IMG/VR virus record: IMGVR_UViG_3300032250_000289 | Strand: one strand, 5' to 3' | DNA from: an uncultured virus (IMG/VR IMGVR_UViG_3300032250_000289) | Taxonomy: Duplodnaviria > Heunggongvirae > Uroviricota > Caudoviricetes | Length of the DNA: 64,000 bases | Shown here: in pieces, positions 35,556 through 46,389 of the stretch | How positions within the stretch are numbered: the stretch's first letter is position 1 | How the letters are laid out: each line of letters starts with the position of its first letter | The notes under the pieces: model-generated | Databases searched by the model: none | Told to the model about the DNA's origin: nothing | Seen by the model: the letters and a program-made list of their open reading frames with translations, nothing else | Position numbers and translations under genes: made by a program

Positions 35556-35859
35556 AAAGGGACCACTAAATAAAATTGAATCCTTCTACGTTGAACAAAA
35601 TAAAAATCTTGGCAAAAAACTACAAGAGATTGCCGATGATTTAGATAGGTCAATATCCTCTATAGAAAACTATATTGCTAAACATATGCCAGATAAGTCA
35701 AATACAAAATTAGCTATTTCTGCTGGTGAACACTTTAGTAGACAAAAGGGTGTCACGATAATGACAGAGAATGCTTCTACCATTGGTGATGCCACCAGAA
35801 AAAAAGCAAAAGATTTATCAAGACCATCTTGCATAACAAAAATTAAAGATCAGGAATAA
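35548..35859 (+). CDS. hypothetical HTH-like protein
   Basis: LQEIADDLDRSISSIENY. Confidence 0.6.
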   Translation: MAKKGPLNKIESFYVEQNKNLGKKLQEIADDLDRSISSIENYIAKHMPDKSNTKLAISAGEHFSRQKGVTIMTENASTIGDATRKKAKDLSRPSCITKIKDQE

Positions 35860-35860
35860 A

Positions 35861-36508
35861 ATGAACGCTACTAATAGAATAGCTATGATAACCAGTGTTT
35901 CTTCTAATATAGCAGAATTAGCAACACTAACAATGCCAAATAAATTAGAATATTGCTTAAAACATGACTATACATTAATAATTAAAAATCAAAAATATGA
36001 AGACGCTGTTGATCGCACTCATGCTCTAATACATTTATTCGATGAATATGATCTTGTGTGGGCTTTAGACGCTGATGCAATTATAACTAATATGAATATT
36101 CCTATCCATACACTAGACTGTTTGGGGGATAATATCACAGTATGCGAAGAGGGCATGGTTTATTGGAATAGAATTAACTGTGGATCTATCGTAATGAAAA
36201 ATACACTGGAAACAAAAACACTCCTGCAACTTATTAGTGTTACTAAAGACCAGTGGAAATCTTTACCAGCATCATGGCAGAGTTGGTTGGGAATAAATGC
36301 TGAAATTTTTAGTAACATGCTAACAATTGCCCCAATAGGATCATTTAATTCTATAGAATGGAATTTACCAGCTAGTTCAGCCATATGGGGTCCACCGGGA
36401 AATCACTGGAAGAGCGGACACTTAGTTTACCACCCCTGTAGCATTTATCCAAAAGAAGAACGTTTAAATTACATAAAAGATGCCCTAGCAAATAAAGTGA
36501 TTAGATAA
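35861..36508 (+). CDS. GT-A glycosyltransferase (GT34/Mnn10-like)
   Basis: NKLEYCLKHDY, VWALDADAIITN, INCGSIV. Confidence 0.72.
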   Translation: MNATNRIAMITSVSSNIAELATLTMPNKLEYCLKHDYTLIIKNQKYEDAVDRTHALIHLFDEYDLVWALDADAIITNMNIPIHTLDCLGDNITVCEEGMVYWNRINCGSIVMKNTLETKTLLQLISVTKDQWKSLPASWQSWLGINAEIFSNMLTIAPIGSFNSIEWNLPASSAIWGPPGNHWKSGHLVYHPCSIYPKEERLNYIKDALANKVIR

Positions 36509-36509
36509 T

Positions 36510-36950
36510 ATGAAATTTATAACATCTGACGATCAGTGGCTTGAAGAATATCGTAAAGATAAATATAAGACATGGATACGAGCCACCCTGTCTGATAATC
36601 TTTGTTATAGATTCTCACTGTATGAAGATTGGATGGATATCAAAGATATTTGTGAATTAAATAAGCTCAAAGTAATTAAGTTGGGGCTACAGTATAGATC
36701 GCATATTGTTGAGATTGACACAGGTGGTGCCGATGGTGTATACTTAGCCAAGTCTATCATTGGAACGATGGGTGAGAGTGCAAAACACGCATACACTATT
36801 GGAAAAATTTATGGAAACATTGTTAAAAAGACGATGTGGATTACTCCTGAGTTGTTAGAAGAGTTTCACGATGAAGACACTATTGAAACCTGTTTTAAGG
36901 AAGCGTTGATATTTAATGACAACACCAAACAACAAGCCGGAACTATTTAA
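36510..36950 (+). CDS. hypothetical protein
   Basis: Coupled ORF. Confidence 0.65.
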   Translation: MKFITSDDQWLEEYRKDKYKTWIRATLSDNLCYRFSLYEDWMDIKDICELNKLKVIKLGLQYRSHIVEIDTGGADGVYLAKSIIGTMGESAKHAYTIGKIYGNIVKKTMWITPELLEEFHDEDTIETCFKEALIFNDNTKQQAGTI

Positions 36951-37437
36951 TCAAGATTATCAGAAAGAATGGTCAGAAACACACAAGTATAAGCATATTC
37001 ACACGGGAGAATATTGCACTTTTGAAGCTTATGTTGCTGAATTTATAGTGTTGCGTAGATCAGAAAAGTTGAATTTAGGCAAGCCCTCCTATAAGTTCTG
37101 GACAAAGGGCGACCCACTACATTGGCTGTGGAAAAAGCAGCACGGTGCGGCACTTAAGCTCAAGAAGAAATACAGTGAGGAAGCTATACTATCGGCTATC
37201 AAATCAAAGGATTTTGATAGACTATTGGTTATCGCAATTCAAAACGGCAGAGGATATAAAATAAATCCAGAAGCTGAAAAAGTCATTGAGAAACATCAAA
37301 AAATTATTGACGAAGCAAATAATAAACCAACAGTGAATTTGGATGTAGAAGTTGAGAAAAAAGATCTTGAAACAAGGTCGAGCCAGAGCTATAATACACT
37401 AAAGAAGAAGTCTATCCGTAACTTGAGGAATCTATGA
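36916..37437 (+). CDS. hypothetical protein
   Basis: ATGA coupling to recA. Confidence 0.65.
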   Translation: MTTPNNKPELFNQDYQKEWSETHKYKHIHTGEYCTFEAYVAEFIVLRRSEKLNLGKPSYKFWTKGDPLHWLWKKQHGAALKLKKKYSEEAILSAIKSKDFDRLLVIAIQNGRGYKINPEAEKVIEKHQKIIDEANNKPTVNLDVEVEKKDLETRSSQSYNTLKKKSIRNLRNL

Positions 37438-38537
37438 GCAAGAAAAAGTTTAGTTCAAAATTTGCAGAGGATATGGTCAGTAATGACGTTATTAATAAAT
37501 ATGGCGACGTTGTAAGAAGTGGTACAGAAGTACTAGACAATATCAATACTTTGAAAGTTATTGGTATTTCTCCAGCACTTGATATCGCTCTAGGTGGTGG
37601 CCTAAGAGAGGGATCAGTCGTTGTTATGACGGGCGATCCCAAGAGTGGCAAAACAACAACCGCCTTACACTTCGCCGCCAAGTGTCAAAAAGACAACAGA
37701 AAAATTATCTACGTTAACACAGAAGGTAGACTATCTAAGCAGAATTTTGATGGCATCAAAGGACTTAATCCAGACACTATTCTTATTGTAGAATCCACCA
37801 ATGAGCGTGTATTATCAGCACAAGACTTCTTAAATATCATTGAGAAGTATATTAATAATGATTCTGGATCTTTAATTATTGTTGATTCATTATCAAACAT
37901 GGTTCCATCAGATGAGCTAGAGGGAGAAATTAGAACTGGCGTAAGAAATGCTTTGCCAAGATTGCTCTCAATGTTTTTTAAGAGGATTAGTGGAACACTA
38001 ATGAAGAACAAAGCAATCCTCATTTGCATTACTCATAATATTGCTAATAGCGGTGGATCTCCATACGCCCCAGCTAAGATGGCAGACTGTGGAAACATGG
38101 TACAGTATCAAGCTGGAACAAATATGGTTATTACGCATAGAGGTAAATGGCAAGTTCCAAAGGACACTGGCACTCACGTTGGTCAAATTGCGAACTGGTC
38201 AATCAAAACATCTAACGCTGGTGGTAGACCAAATAGTACAGCGGAAAGCTGGATTAAATATGGTATTGGTATTGATGAAGTGCAGGAAATTATTCATATT
38301 GCCTGTGAGTTAAGACTTATCAAAGCTGCCGGTGCTTGGTATACCATAGCCTGTGCCGTTGAGGACACCAACCACCCTACAATTAGTAAGTATCTCAAGG
38401 ATAATAATATTGGTAGCACACCAGAAGATATTGAAAGATGCTTTAAGTTTCAAGGAGTTAATGCTGTGGCAGAATTTCTAGATGCCAATAGTGCTATTAG
38501 CGATTTTATATATGCCAAGATCAAGGAACTTCAATGA
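37434..38537 (+). CDS. recA: RecA/UvsX-like recombinase
   Basis: SPALDIALGGG, GDPKSGKTT, IIVDSL, IKAAGAWY. Confidence 0.9.
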   Translation: MSKKKFSSKFAEDMVSNDVINKYGDVVRSGTEVLDNINTLKVIGISPALDIALGGGLREGSVVVMTGDPKSGKTTTALHFAAKCQKDNRKIIYVNTEGRLSKQNFDGIKGLNPDTILIVESTNERVLSAQDFLNIIEKYINNDSGSLIIVDSLSNMVPSDELEGEIRTGVRNALPRLLSMFFKRISGTLMKNKAILICITHNIANSGGSPYAPAKMADCGNMVQYQAGTNMVITHRGKWQVPKDTGTHVGQIANWSIKTSNAGGRPNSTAESWIKYGIGIDEVQEIIHIACELRLIKAAGAWYTIACAVEDTNHPTISKYLKDNNIGSTPEDIERCFKFQGVNAVAEFLDANSAISDFIYAKIKELQ

Positions 38538-38959
38538 AAGTTAGAGGAATCAATGGTAAGGAATATGTTTGGAACCTATCTTCCTATGATGTGTTTTATG
38601 ATGATGCTCGTAAGAGATCGAAATACCATCTTCGGGCTAGAAACTTGTTAAGAGAAATATTCAATAGCTATAGAATATTAGAAGAAGTTAAACTGCCGGG
38701 AAGCACTGCCTTAAACAGGAAGTCAGTTTTGTATATTGACTTCTACATTCCATCTATTAAGATGGGGTTTGAAGTTCATGGCGAACAACACTATAAGTAT
38801 AATCCATTTTTTCATAAGAGTCAGGCAGACTTCTTAAAGGCTAAAGCTAGAGATGAAGATAAAATTGAGTGGTGTGAAATAAACGATATAGATATCATAG
38901 TTCTTAAATATTCAGAAAGCGATGATGAGTGGCGAAAACAAATTACAAACTGCGTCTGA
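38534..38959 (+). CDS. Vsr/DUF559-like PD-(D/E)XK endonuclease
   Basis: IDFYIP..FEVHGEQHY..RDEDKIEWC. Confidence 0.75.
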   Translation: MKVRGINGKEYVWNLSSYDVFYDDARKRSKYHLRARNLLREIFNSYRILEEVKLPGSTALNRKSVLYIDFYIPSIKMGFEVHGEQHYKYNPFFHKSQADFLKAKARDEDKIEWCEINDIDIIVLKYSESDDEWRKQITNCV

Positions 38960-39404
38960 GAAATTAGCACATCACATTGGGCAGATAGATGATTATATCA
39001 ATCTTGTAAATGCTAAATTTTCTTCATTCAAAGAAGAGTATTTACTTGTGTCAAATATGTCACTTGAGGAATTGAACAATTTGACTCAACAGCAGTCCTT
39101 TGATTCAGCATATATGTTGTATAGCTATGCTTCATACATACAGGATGAGATAAATAAGAATAAAATTGTATTGAATTGGTGCAATGATCAGATAGAAAAA
39201 TTGGTTGTATCCAATAACAATTCATTTGACCAGTATACAAAGCACGAAGTAAAAAAGCAAACAATAATCAAAGATAATAGCTATGCCGCAAAGGTAGATC
39301 ATATGCGATCTATAGCAGAATCAAGACTGCAAGCCTTAGATGGTAAGGTGTTTGAACTAAAGCGAAAGGCCGATATTCTACTAGAGAGAGGGAAAAGACA
39401 ATGA
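38922..39404 (+). CDS. helical hypothetical protein (possible recombination mediator)
   Basis: Coiled-coil C-terminus; position near recA. Confidence 0.55.
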   Translation: MMSGENKLQTASEKLAHHIGQIDDYINLVNAKFSSFKEEYLLVSNMSLEELNNLTQQQSFDSAYMLYSYASYIQDEINKNKIVLNWCNDQIEKLVVSNNNSFDQYTKHEVKKQTIIKDNSYAAKVDHMRSIAESRLQALDGKVFELKRKADILLERGKRQ

Positions 39405-39814
39405 GTGATTTTGATAGTTTCTTATCGTCTTTGAGTGACGAACAAAAAGAAAAACTAATGCAGGCACTTTTGGTAAAAAATGACGATGGTATTAAAACGA
39501 ATAAAGAGACAATTAAGAAGAAAACTAAAGACAAGCCCGTTACACCCACTGTGCAAGTAAATGAAGATTTCACAGTTAATAAAGAACTTCAGCAATCAAG
39601 GAGAAGAGAATCAGTGAGAGCTAGAAAAAACGAGTGGACAGATAATGGTGAGCATAGAGATATTGTTACACCAGAATTTGAGAAAACACCTAGAAATCGA
39701 CAGCCACCCAAAAAAGTTGATTTAGAATGTGACGTTTGTGGTAGAACGTTTAAAGAGGACACTAGATTCGTTTATGGAGAACGTCATCGCTGTAGTCGAT
39801 GCACAGGAAAATAA
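39401..39814 (+). CDS. hypothetical protein with C-terminal zinc finger
   Basis: CDVCG..RCSRC. Confidence 0.65.
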   Translation: MSDFDSFLSSLSDEQKEKLMQALLVKNDDGIKTNKETIKKKTKDKPVTPTVQVNEDFTVNKELQQSRRRESVRARKNEWTDNGEHRDIVTPEFEKTPRNRQPPKKVDLECDVCGRTFKEDTRFVYGERHRCSRCTGK

Positions 39815-39816
39815 TT

Positions 39817-41295
39817 ATGGATACCCACTTAACTGACATTGGTGCAGAACGTGCGCTTCTGGCTGGCCTTTTACAGTATGGAATAGACGCACATGTCATA
39901 GTATATGATATAGTAGACCATGAAACATTTGGTCATGCTAATAACCAAATACTATATAAATGTATTGACAAGGTTATATCTGGTGGTCAGAGCGTAGATA
40001 TTACAACAATATTATCCGCAGCTAACCAACTTGGATTATCTGAATCTGTCAATACTACCCAAGAACTAAAGTATATCAAATCTCTATTTGACTTTCCGGT
40101 TAATAAAGATAATATACTTAGTTTCGCACTACAAATTAAGAAGTTTGAATTCGCAAGAAGGATAAAACTTCTCACATCAAAGATTCATAAAGACGTTGAT
40201 CAAATTGATGGATCAGAGTCTATTAATGATATTATACAAATATTAGAGAATCCGGTAACAGAATTTCTTAGAGAAGATACAACCGGAGAAGCTCCAGAAA
40301 AGATCGGTAGCAATATTAATGAGTATGTTAAATTCTTAGAGGAGAATAAGTGTGATATCATTGGTATTCCAACGGGGTTCAGTAAGTACGACGAGGCCAT
40401 TGGCGGTGGTCTTAGACGAAAATGCGTTGACCTTGTTTCTGCTAGACCAAAGGTTGGTAAATCAGTATTTGCTGATAACGTCGCTTTAAACGTATCATCC
40501 AAGGGTATTCCAGTATTAATGCTTGATACTGAAATGTCAAAGGACGATCATTTAAATAGATTAATAGCTAATATTAGCGGTGTTCCAATTAACGAAGTAG
40601 CTACTGGAAAATTCACAAACGATGAAGATAAGCGTGAGAAAGTCATGGAAGCAGTTAAAATGCTTGAGACTATACCATATAGCTATATCAGCGTTGCTGG
40701 AAAGCCTTTTGAGCAAATCATCAACTTTATCACTAGATGGATTATGCAAGAAGTAAAGAGTGATGAGAATGGTAAAACAAACGATTGCTTAATAGTCTAT
40801 GATTACTTAAAACTAATGTCATCAAATTCTATCACCAACAATATACAAGAATATCAAGCTTTAGGATTTCAAATTACAGCACTACATAATTTATGCGTTA
40901 AGCTGGATATTCCATGTTTGTCATTTGTGCAGTTGAACCGCGATGGTATAACCAAAGAGAGTACAGATGCTGTTTCTGGATCAGACAGATTGATCTGGCT
41001 ATGTACATCATTCTCTATCTTTAAAATTAAGTCACCAGAAGAATTGGCAGAAGATGGTCCTAATGCTGGTAATAGAAAACTTGTACCAATTGTTTCAAGA
41101 CACGGTGGCGGGCTGGACGATGGTGATTATATCAATATGCTTATGCAAGGATCACATGCCAAGTTAAAAGAATTGAAAACAAGAAATGAATTTAAAAATC
41201 AACCAACTGGCGATACCGGCTTGGCAGATAATGAATCACTCATTAAGATAAAGATACAAGATGGACTTACAAAAGATCAAGACCCTACTGAATAA
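39817..41295 (+). CDS. dnaB: replicative DNA helicase
   Basis: GIPTGF, SARPKVGKS, DTEMS, VYDYL, QLNR. Confidence 0.92.
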   Translation: MDTHLTDIGAERALLAGLLQYGIDAHVIVYDIVDHETFGHANNQILYKCIDKVISGGQSVDITTILSAANQLGLSESVNTTQELKYIKSLFDFPVNKDNILSFALQIKKFEFARRIKLLTSKIHKDVDQIDGSESINDIIQILENPVTEFLREDTTGEAPEKIGSNINEYVKFLEENKCDIIGIPTGFSKYDEAIGGGLRRKCVDLVSARPKVGKSVFADNVALNVSSKGIPVLMLDTEMSKDDHLNRLIANISGVPINEVATGKFTNDEDKREKVMEAVKMLETIPYSYISVAGKPFEQIINFITRWIMQEVKSDENGKTNDCLIVYDYLKLMSSNSITNNIQEYQALGFQITALHNLCVKLDIPCLSFVQLNRDGITKESTDAVSGSDRLIWLCTSFSIFKIKSPEELAEDGPNAGNRKLVPIVSRHGGGLDDGDYINMLMQGSHAKLKELKTRNEFKNQPTGDTGLADNESLIKIKIQDGLTKDQDPTE

Positions 41296-42292
41296 AAATT
41301 CTGAACTAGTGTTTAAACATCTAGGATTAGAGTATGAAATTCTTGGGGATAATATTTATTCCAAGTGCCCAATTCACGACGGGAGTGACAACCCAAGGGC
41401 TTTGTCGTTCTCTATAGATCGCGGTATATGGAAATGCTGGACTAGAGATTGTCAGCATCATTTTAGGAACGACATATTTGGATTGATACAGGGTTCACTA
41501 TCTAACGGCGAAGTGAAAGATGCTAACTTTAAAGACGCTTTAGGGTGGGCTTGTAAGGTTTTAAAAGTCAAGCACGTATACTCATCTCAACAAACAATAT
41601 CTCAGCCAGAAGATGAGGATGATAACTTTTACAAATTGATCTCACTCTTTAATGAGAAAAAAACTATTAAACATCATGAGTCTATGAATATTGAGTGCAA
41701 TCTTAAATGCCCATCTCAGTATTTTATTGATAGGGGTTTTAAACCATCCACTATGGAATACTTTGAAGTAGGCGACTGTAATACCCCAACTTCTAAGATG
41801 TATGATAGGGCTGTAATACCAATCCATGATGACGAAGGTAAAAACATAGTAGCGATGATTTGTAGATCAGTCAAGGAATATAAAATACCAAAGTTCTTGT
41901 TTTATTCTAAGGATGGTTTTGACAAGAGATATTTTTTCTATAATTATCATCGTGCTATTGGTCGAGTCAAAGATACCGGATGTTTATTTATAGTCGAGGG
42001 TCAGGGCGATGTGTGGAGATTATATGAGGCTGGAGTCACTAACGTTATGAGTATTTTTGGTAAAACTATCAGCAAAGAACAAGAAGAGAAGCTGTTAAAG
42101 ATGCCAATGACACATATAATCATATTAACTGACAACGATCAGGCTGGCAGAGAATCAAAAATACAAATCCAAAGACAGTTGGGAAGAATGTATAAACTAA
42201 CGTTTCCTAAAATATCCAATAAAGATGTTGGGGATATGTCGATAGAGCAAGTTCAAAACAAAATACTACCACAAATAAAGGGTACTTACTGA
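41261..42292 (+). CDS. dnaG: DNA primase
   Basis: CPIH..WKCWTRDC zinc finger; VEGQGDV and DNDQAG TOPRIM motifs. Confidence 0.9.
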   Translation: MDLQKIKTLLNKNSELVFKHLGLEYEILGDNIYSKCPIHDGSDNPRALSFSIDRGIWKCWTRDCQHHFRNDIFGLIQGSLSNGEVKDANFKDALGWACKVLKVKHVYSSQQTISQPEDEDDNFYKLISLFNEKKTIKHHESMNIECNLKCPSQYFIDRGFKPSTMEYFEVGDCNTPTSKMYDRAVIPIHDDEGKNIVAMICRSVKEYKIPKFLFYSKDGFDKRYFFYNYHRAIGRVKDTGCLFIVEGQGDVWRLYEAGVTNVMSIFGKTISKEQEEKLLKMPMTHIIILTDNDQAGRESKIQIQRQLGRMYKLTFPKISNKDVGDMSIEQVQNKILPQIKGTY

Positions 42293-43038
42293 TGGTTAAG
42301 ATTATTGGTATTTCTGGAAGGAAACAGTCTGGTAAAAATACTGTGGCAAATTATATTAACGGCTCAGTATTAAAAACAATGAGCATGATTTCTGATTTTT
42401 ATCTAGACGAAGAAGGAAGGCTAGTAATAGAAACAATAGATGATCTTAGTAAGAGTGGTTATGGAATTCTAGACGTAACTAGAAAAGATCACGAATTTGT
42501 TTCATACGCTCACAGGGAATTGTGGCCATATATAAAAACTTACCACTTTGCAGATAAACTTAAAGAATTATCTGTAGACCTATTCGGACTAAGTATGGCT
42601 CAAGTGAATGGAACAGATAAGCAAAAGAACATGAAGTGTCCATTATCTTGGAGCGATATGCCAACCAATCCAGAAAATAAAACCGGCAAAATGACCAATA
42701 GAGAATTCTTAGAATACTTTGGCACTAAAATAGTCAGACAAATTAAATCTGACGCTTGGGTAAAAGCCACAATCAATAAAATTATTCATGAGGATTCTAG
42801 GATCGCAATCGTTCCAGATGTTAGGTTCCCTAATGAGGTTGATGTTATTAAAGATAATGGCGGCATGGTAATTAGATTAACTAGAGATATTCATAATAGT
42901 ACAATTGATTGTGAAACAGCTTTGGATAAAGATAAGTTTGATTGGTCTAAATTTGACTTAGTAATTGATAACGCTGAATGCACTATGCCTCAACTGTGTG
43001 ATAAATTAAATTCAATTTCATCTCTTTGGAGCATATAA
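42292..43038 (+). CDS. deoxynucleoside monophosphate kinase
   Basis: GISGRKQSGKNT, HFADKLK, REFLEYFGT, DVRFPNE. Confidence 0.85.
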   Translation: MVKIIGISGRKQSGKNTVANYINGSVLKTMSMISDFYLDEEGRLVIETIDDLSKSGYGILDVTRKDHEFVSYAHRELWPYIKTYHFADKLKELSVDLFGLSMAQVNGTDKQKNMKCPLSWSDMPTNPENKTGKMTNREFLEYFGTKIVRQIKSDAWVKATINKIIHEDSRIAIVPDVRFPNEVDVIKDNGGMVIRLTRDIHNSTIDCETALDKDKFDWSKFDLVIDNAECTMPQLCDKLNSISSLWSI

Positions 43039-44060
43039 TGCTAGTAACATATATTAGGTCATCAAGTTTTAATAACTACTCATATTGCCAGATGCAATAT
43101 TTTATCACTTATGTTTTGGGCCACCAACCTAGTAGTGGTAAAAAAGCTGAACTTGGCACCATAGTCCACAAAGTGATGGAATCATTAGCTGGACTAAAGA
43201 AGAACTTGCAGGATAATCCCCAAAAAAGTAAGCTAGTATTATTAGACGATGCCGTTGGGAAGATTGAAATTAAGAAAGATGATCTATTTAAGAAAGTCAC
43301 AGTAGAAGATTTATTAGCTAGAAGCTATAATTTCTACACCTCAAGCTCTGAACACCCATTTACAAAAGCTGATATTAATCTATGCTCTAAGCTAGTTTGG
43401 GATACCCTTGAATATAATGACGGTCAATTTGATCCTAGATTTAGGAAAATAGTGGCAGCAGAACCACATTTTGATATTCCAATTGATGAAGATTGGGCGT
43501 TTTACGAATACAAAATGCCGGATGGGAAGATAGTAAAGGGTCAGCTAGCTATTAAGGGCACCATAGACCTAGTTACAGAGTCCTCAGAGGGCATTATTGA
43601 AGTAATCGACTGGAAGACGGGCAGAAGATTAGATTGGGCTACGGGCGAAGAAAAGACGTATGAAAAGCTATGCTCTGACCCCCAATTATTACTATATAAC
43701 TATGCAATTTCTAAGCTTTTCCCAGACTATAAACAGTCCATAATGAGCATCTTTTTCATTAAGGATGGTGGGCCGTTTTCTATGTGTTTTGATAAGTCAG
43801 ACCACGACAAGTTCTTAAAAATGCTTAAGGGTAAATTTGAACAAATTAAGGCAAATAATACTCCTCAACCGTTATCGCCCAATCGTGAGAGTTGGAAATG
43901 CACTAGATTATGCCACTATTACAAGAACAACTGGCCGGGAACCGATAAAAACATGTGTATACATATAGAGGAAACCCTCAAAAAAGATGGTATGGATCAC
44001 ACTATTAATACGTGTAAAAAAGATGGGTTTGATATTGGCTTTTACTCTGCTCCGGGTTGA
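43038..44060 (+). CDS. Cas4/RecB-like PD-(D/E)XK exonuclease
   Basis: GTIVHKVME, KGTIDL..VIDWKTG, QLLLY, flanking Cys (YCQ; CTRLCH..MC). Confidence 0.82.
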   Translation: MLVTYIRSSSFNNYSYCQMQYFITYVLGHQPSSGKKAELGTIVHKVMESLAGLKKNLQDNPQKSKLVLLDDAVGKIEIKKDDLFKKVTVEDLLARSYNFYTSSSEHPFTKADINLCSKLVWDTLEYNDGQFDPRFRKIVAAEPHFDIPIDEDWAFYEYKMPDGKIVKGQLAIKGTIDLVTESSEGIIEVIDWKTGRRLDWATGEEKTYEKLCSDPQLLLYNYAISKLFPDYKQSIMSIFFIKDGGPFSMCFDKSDHDKFLKMLKGKFEQIKANNTPQPLSPNRESWKCTRLCHYYKNNWPGTDKNMCIHIEETLKKDGMDHTINTCKKDGFDIGFYSAPG

Positions 44061-44062
44061 AA

Positions 44063-44917
44063 ATGTCTGAAAAATTACTTACAATTGGAATGTCAACATA
44101 TGATGACTTTAATGGCGTGTACTTTTCTGTACAAGCATTAAGGATGTATCATGATATTGTGAATACTGACCAAGTAGAAATACTGGTATTAGATAATAAT
44201 CCATCAAGTCAGCATGGATCTGAAACAAAGTCATTTATAGAAGGATGGGCGAAAGGTCGCTATATCCCATTAAGCGACACCCCAGCTTCGTTCAATAAGT
44301 ATAAAATAGCCAATCACGCAAATGGCAAATACATACTTATTATAGATTCTCACGTATTGCTAGAGAAAAATTCTATCGATCATCTATTGAGTTATTATAC
44401 AGATAATCCAGACTGTAAAAATCTCATACAGGGTCCGTTATTGTATGATGATCTATCGAATTACTCCACAGAATTTAAAAAAGAATGGAGTGGTGACATG
44501 TTTGGCGTTTGGGGAAATAATGCTGAAGGATATGCCACACAAAAACCATTTGAGATTTATATGCAAGGTATGGGATTATGCTCTTTTGAAAAAAAGAACT
44601 GGCCGGGAATATCCCCACATTTTAAAGGCTTTGGTGGAGAAGAGGGGTATATAGCAGAAAAATTTAGAAGAAATGGTGGTCAAAATATATGCATACCACA
44701 ATTAAGATGGGTTCATAGATTTGGTAGACCAGACGGTGTTCCATACCCACTCATACTAGAAGATAGAATATGGAATTATTTTGTTGGGTGGCTAGATATA
44801 ACTCAAGACCCAGAACATCAAATGATAAAAGATGTATATAATTATTTTGAGCAAAAAATTCCACCAAATAGTATTGATAATATTTTAAAACTCGCAATTG
44901 ATAGAACTCTAGGTTAA
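44063..44917 (+). CDS. GT2-like glycosyltransferase
   Basis: LTIGMSTYDD, ILVLDNNP, IDSHVLL, FKGFGGEEG. Confidence 0.8.
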   Translation: MSEKLLTIGMSTYDDFNGVYFSVQALRMYHDIVNTDQVEILVLDNNPSSQHGSETKSFIEGWAKGRYIPLSDTPASFNKYKIANHANGKYILIIDSHVLLEKNSIDHLLSYYTDNPDCKNLIQGPLLYDDLSNYSTEFKKEWSGDMFGVWGNNAEGYATQKPFEIYMQGMGLCSFEKKNWPGISPHFKGFGGEEGYIAEKFRRNGGQNICIPQLRWVHRFGRPDGVPYPLILEDRIWNYFVGWLDITQDPEHQMIKDVYNYFEQKIPPNSIDNILKLAIDRTLG

Positions 44918-44918
44918 A

Positions 44919-45425
44919 ATGATTGAGATTAAAATAACTGAACAGATGAAAAAAAGAGCTTGGGCAAAAGCTAGGAGCATGGGCGAACTTAAAAATTCTA
45001 TTACCAGCGGAGATGGTAACATAGCTGGATTTTTAGGAGAAGAGGTTGCCAATGAAATCATTAAAGGGTCTATTGACAATACGTATGATTATGATATTGT
45101 TGGGCTAGACAAAATCACCTATGATGTAAAAACTAAAAGATGCACAAGCGCACCAAAACCAACCTACGATTGCTCAATTGCCGAATATAATATAAAGCAA
45201 AAATGTGATCGATATATTTTTGTTAGAATAGAAAACATTAATGGTAAATGGGGCAGAGCTTGGATACTAGGATGGATGGATAAGGATGAATACTTCACCA
45301 AGGCTAAACACTTAGAGCGTGGACAAATAGACAGGTCTAATGGTTTTACGGTTAAAGCCAACTGTTATAATATGAAGATCAATCAACTTAATAAACTTGA
45401 GGTTATAAATCATGCCAATTCCTAA
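44919..45425 (+). CDS. PD-(D/E)XK-like nuclease-fold protein
   Basis: GFLGEE, YDYDI..YDVKTK, CDRYIFV. Confidence 0.6.
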   Translation: MIEIKITEQMKKRAWAKARSMGELKNSITSGDGNIAGFLGEEVANEIIKGSIDNTYDYDIVGLDKITYDVKTKRCTSAPKPTYDCSIAEYNIKQKCDRYIFVRIENINGKWGRAWILGWMDKDEYFTKAKHLERGQIDRSNGFTVKANCYNMKINQLNKLEVINHANS

Positions 45426-46314
45426 AAAGAATAAAGATGAAGACAAGACACAGTTCGTCGCTAGATGTATGGGCGACAGCGTAATGAAAAAGGACTATCC
45501 AAATAATAGTCAAAGAGTTGCCATCTGTTTAGATCAAGCAACAGCCGACTGTGATTGTGTAGAAGCTGCTGATTTTAAGATGCAGCTAGAATTGTATGGC
45601 TATGAAGAAGACATTGATGATGATAATTTTTACATTCCTACACAGGCAGAATATGAAGATTTTGGTGAAGAAACAGAAGAGTGGGATATTGCTCAAGCAA
45701 AGCCGGGACTATGGGACAATATAAGAAAGAAGAAAGATCGATTAGGCAAAAAATATAAACCAGCAAAGCCGGGAGATCCAGATCGCCCAGATAAAGATGC
45801 TTGGAAAAAAGCTCAGTCTGGTGATAGCGAAATGGCTATTGATCAGATAATGAAAATGCACGACCAGCTTATGGAGGTGGTTGCTAAAATGCAAACCATG
45901 CAAATACCGGTAGAATTTCAAGATTGGACGAAAGATATGATTTCCAAAGCTGAAATCTATGTCCAGAATGTGTACGACTTTGTTAAATATTATGAGCCGG
46001 GTAAATATGAAGATGAATATACAAAAGAAGTAGATGAATCATCAGAAATCGAAACTGAAGATTCTTATGCTTCAGAATATCAAGGCCGCAAAGTAACACT
46101 TAATAAACCATTTAGAACATCGAATGGTCCAAAGAAGTTCGCAGTATATGTTAAGAATGAAAGCGGTAATGTGGTGATCGTTAGATTTGGTGATCCAAAT
46201 ATGACAATAAAAAAGAATATTCCAGAACGACGAAAGAGCTTTAGGGCTAGACATAATTGTGATAATCCCGGTCCAAAGTGGAAGGCTAGATATTGGGCTT
46301 GCAAAAGCTGGTAG
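45412..46314 (+). CDS. multi-module phage protein (acidic centre, basic conserved C-domain)
   Basis: MPIPK..FVARCM..QRVAIC; PGLWDNIRKK; VRFGDPNMTIK..RRKSFRARHNC..KARYWAC. Confidence 0.7.
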   Translation: MPIPKKNKDEDKTQFVARCMGDSVMKKDYPNNSQRVAICLDQATADCDCVEAADFKMQLELYGYEEDIDDDNFYIPTQAEYEDFGEETEEWDIAQAKPGLWDNIRKKKDRLGKKYKPAKPGDPDRPDKDAWKKAQSGDSEMAIDQIMKMHDQLMEVVAKMQTMQIPVEFQDWTKDMISKAEIYVQNVYDFVKYYEPGKYEDEYTKEVDESSEIETEDSYASEYQGRKVTLNKPFRTSNGPKKFAVYVKNESGNVVIVRFGDPNMTIKKNIPERRKSFRARHNCDNPGPKWKARYWACKSW

Positions 46315-46389
46315 TTGAAGTAAAGTTGTTGATTCGGCGGTATAATAGTTTGATAGCGTAAGCATACACGTTGCAGCATAGGAGATTAT

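Noticed and set aside
43038..44060. CRISPR-Cas locus around the Cas4-like gene
   Set aside because: No repeat-spacer array or other cas genes seen; stand-alone Cas4-like nucleases are common in phage replication modules
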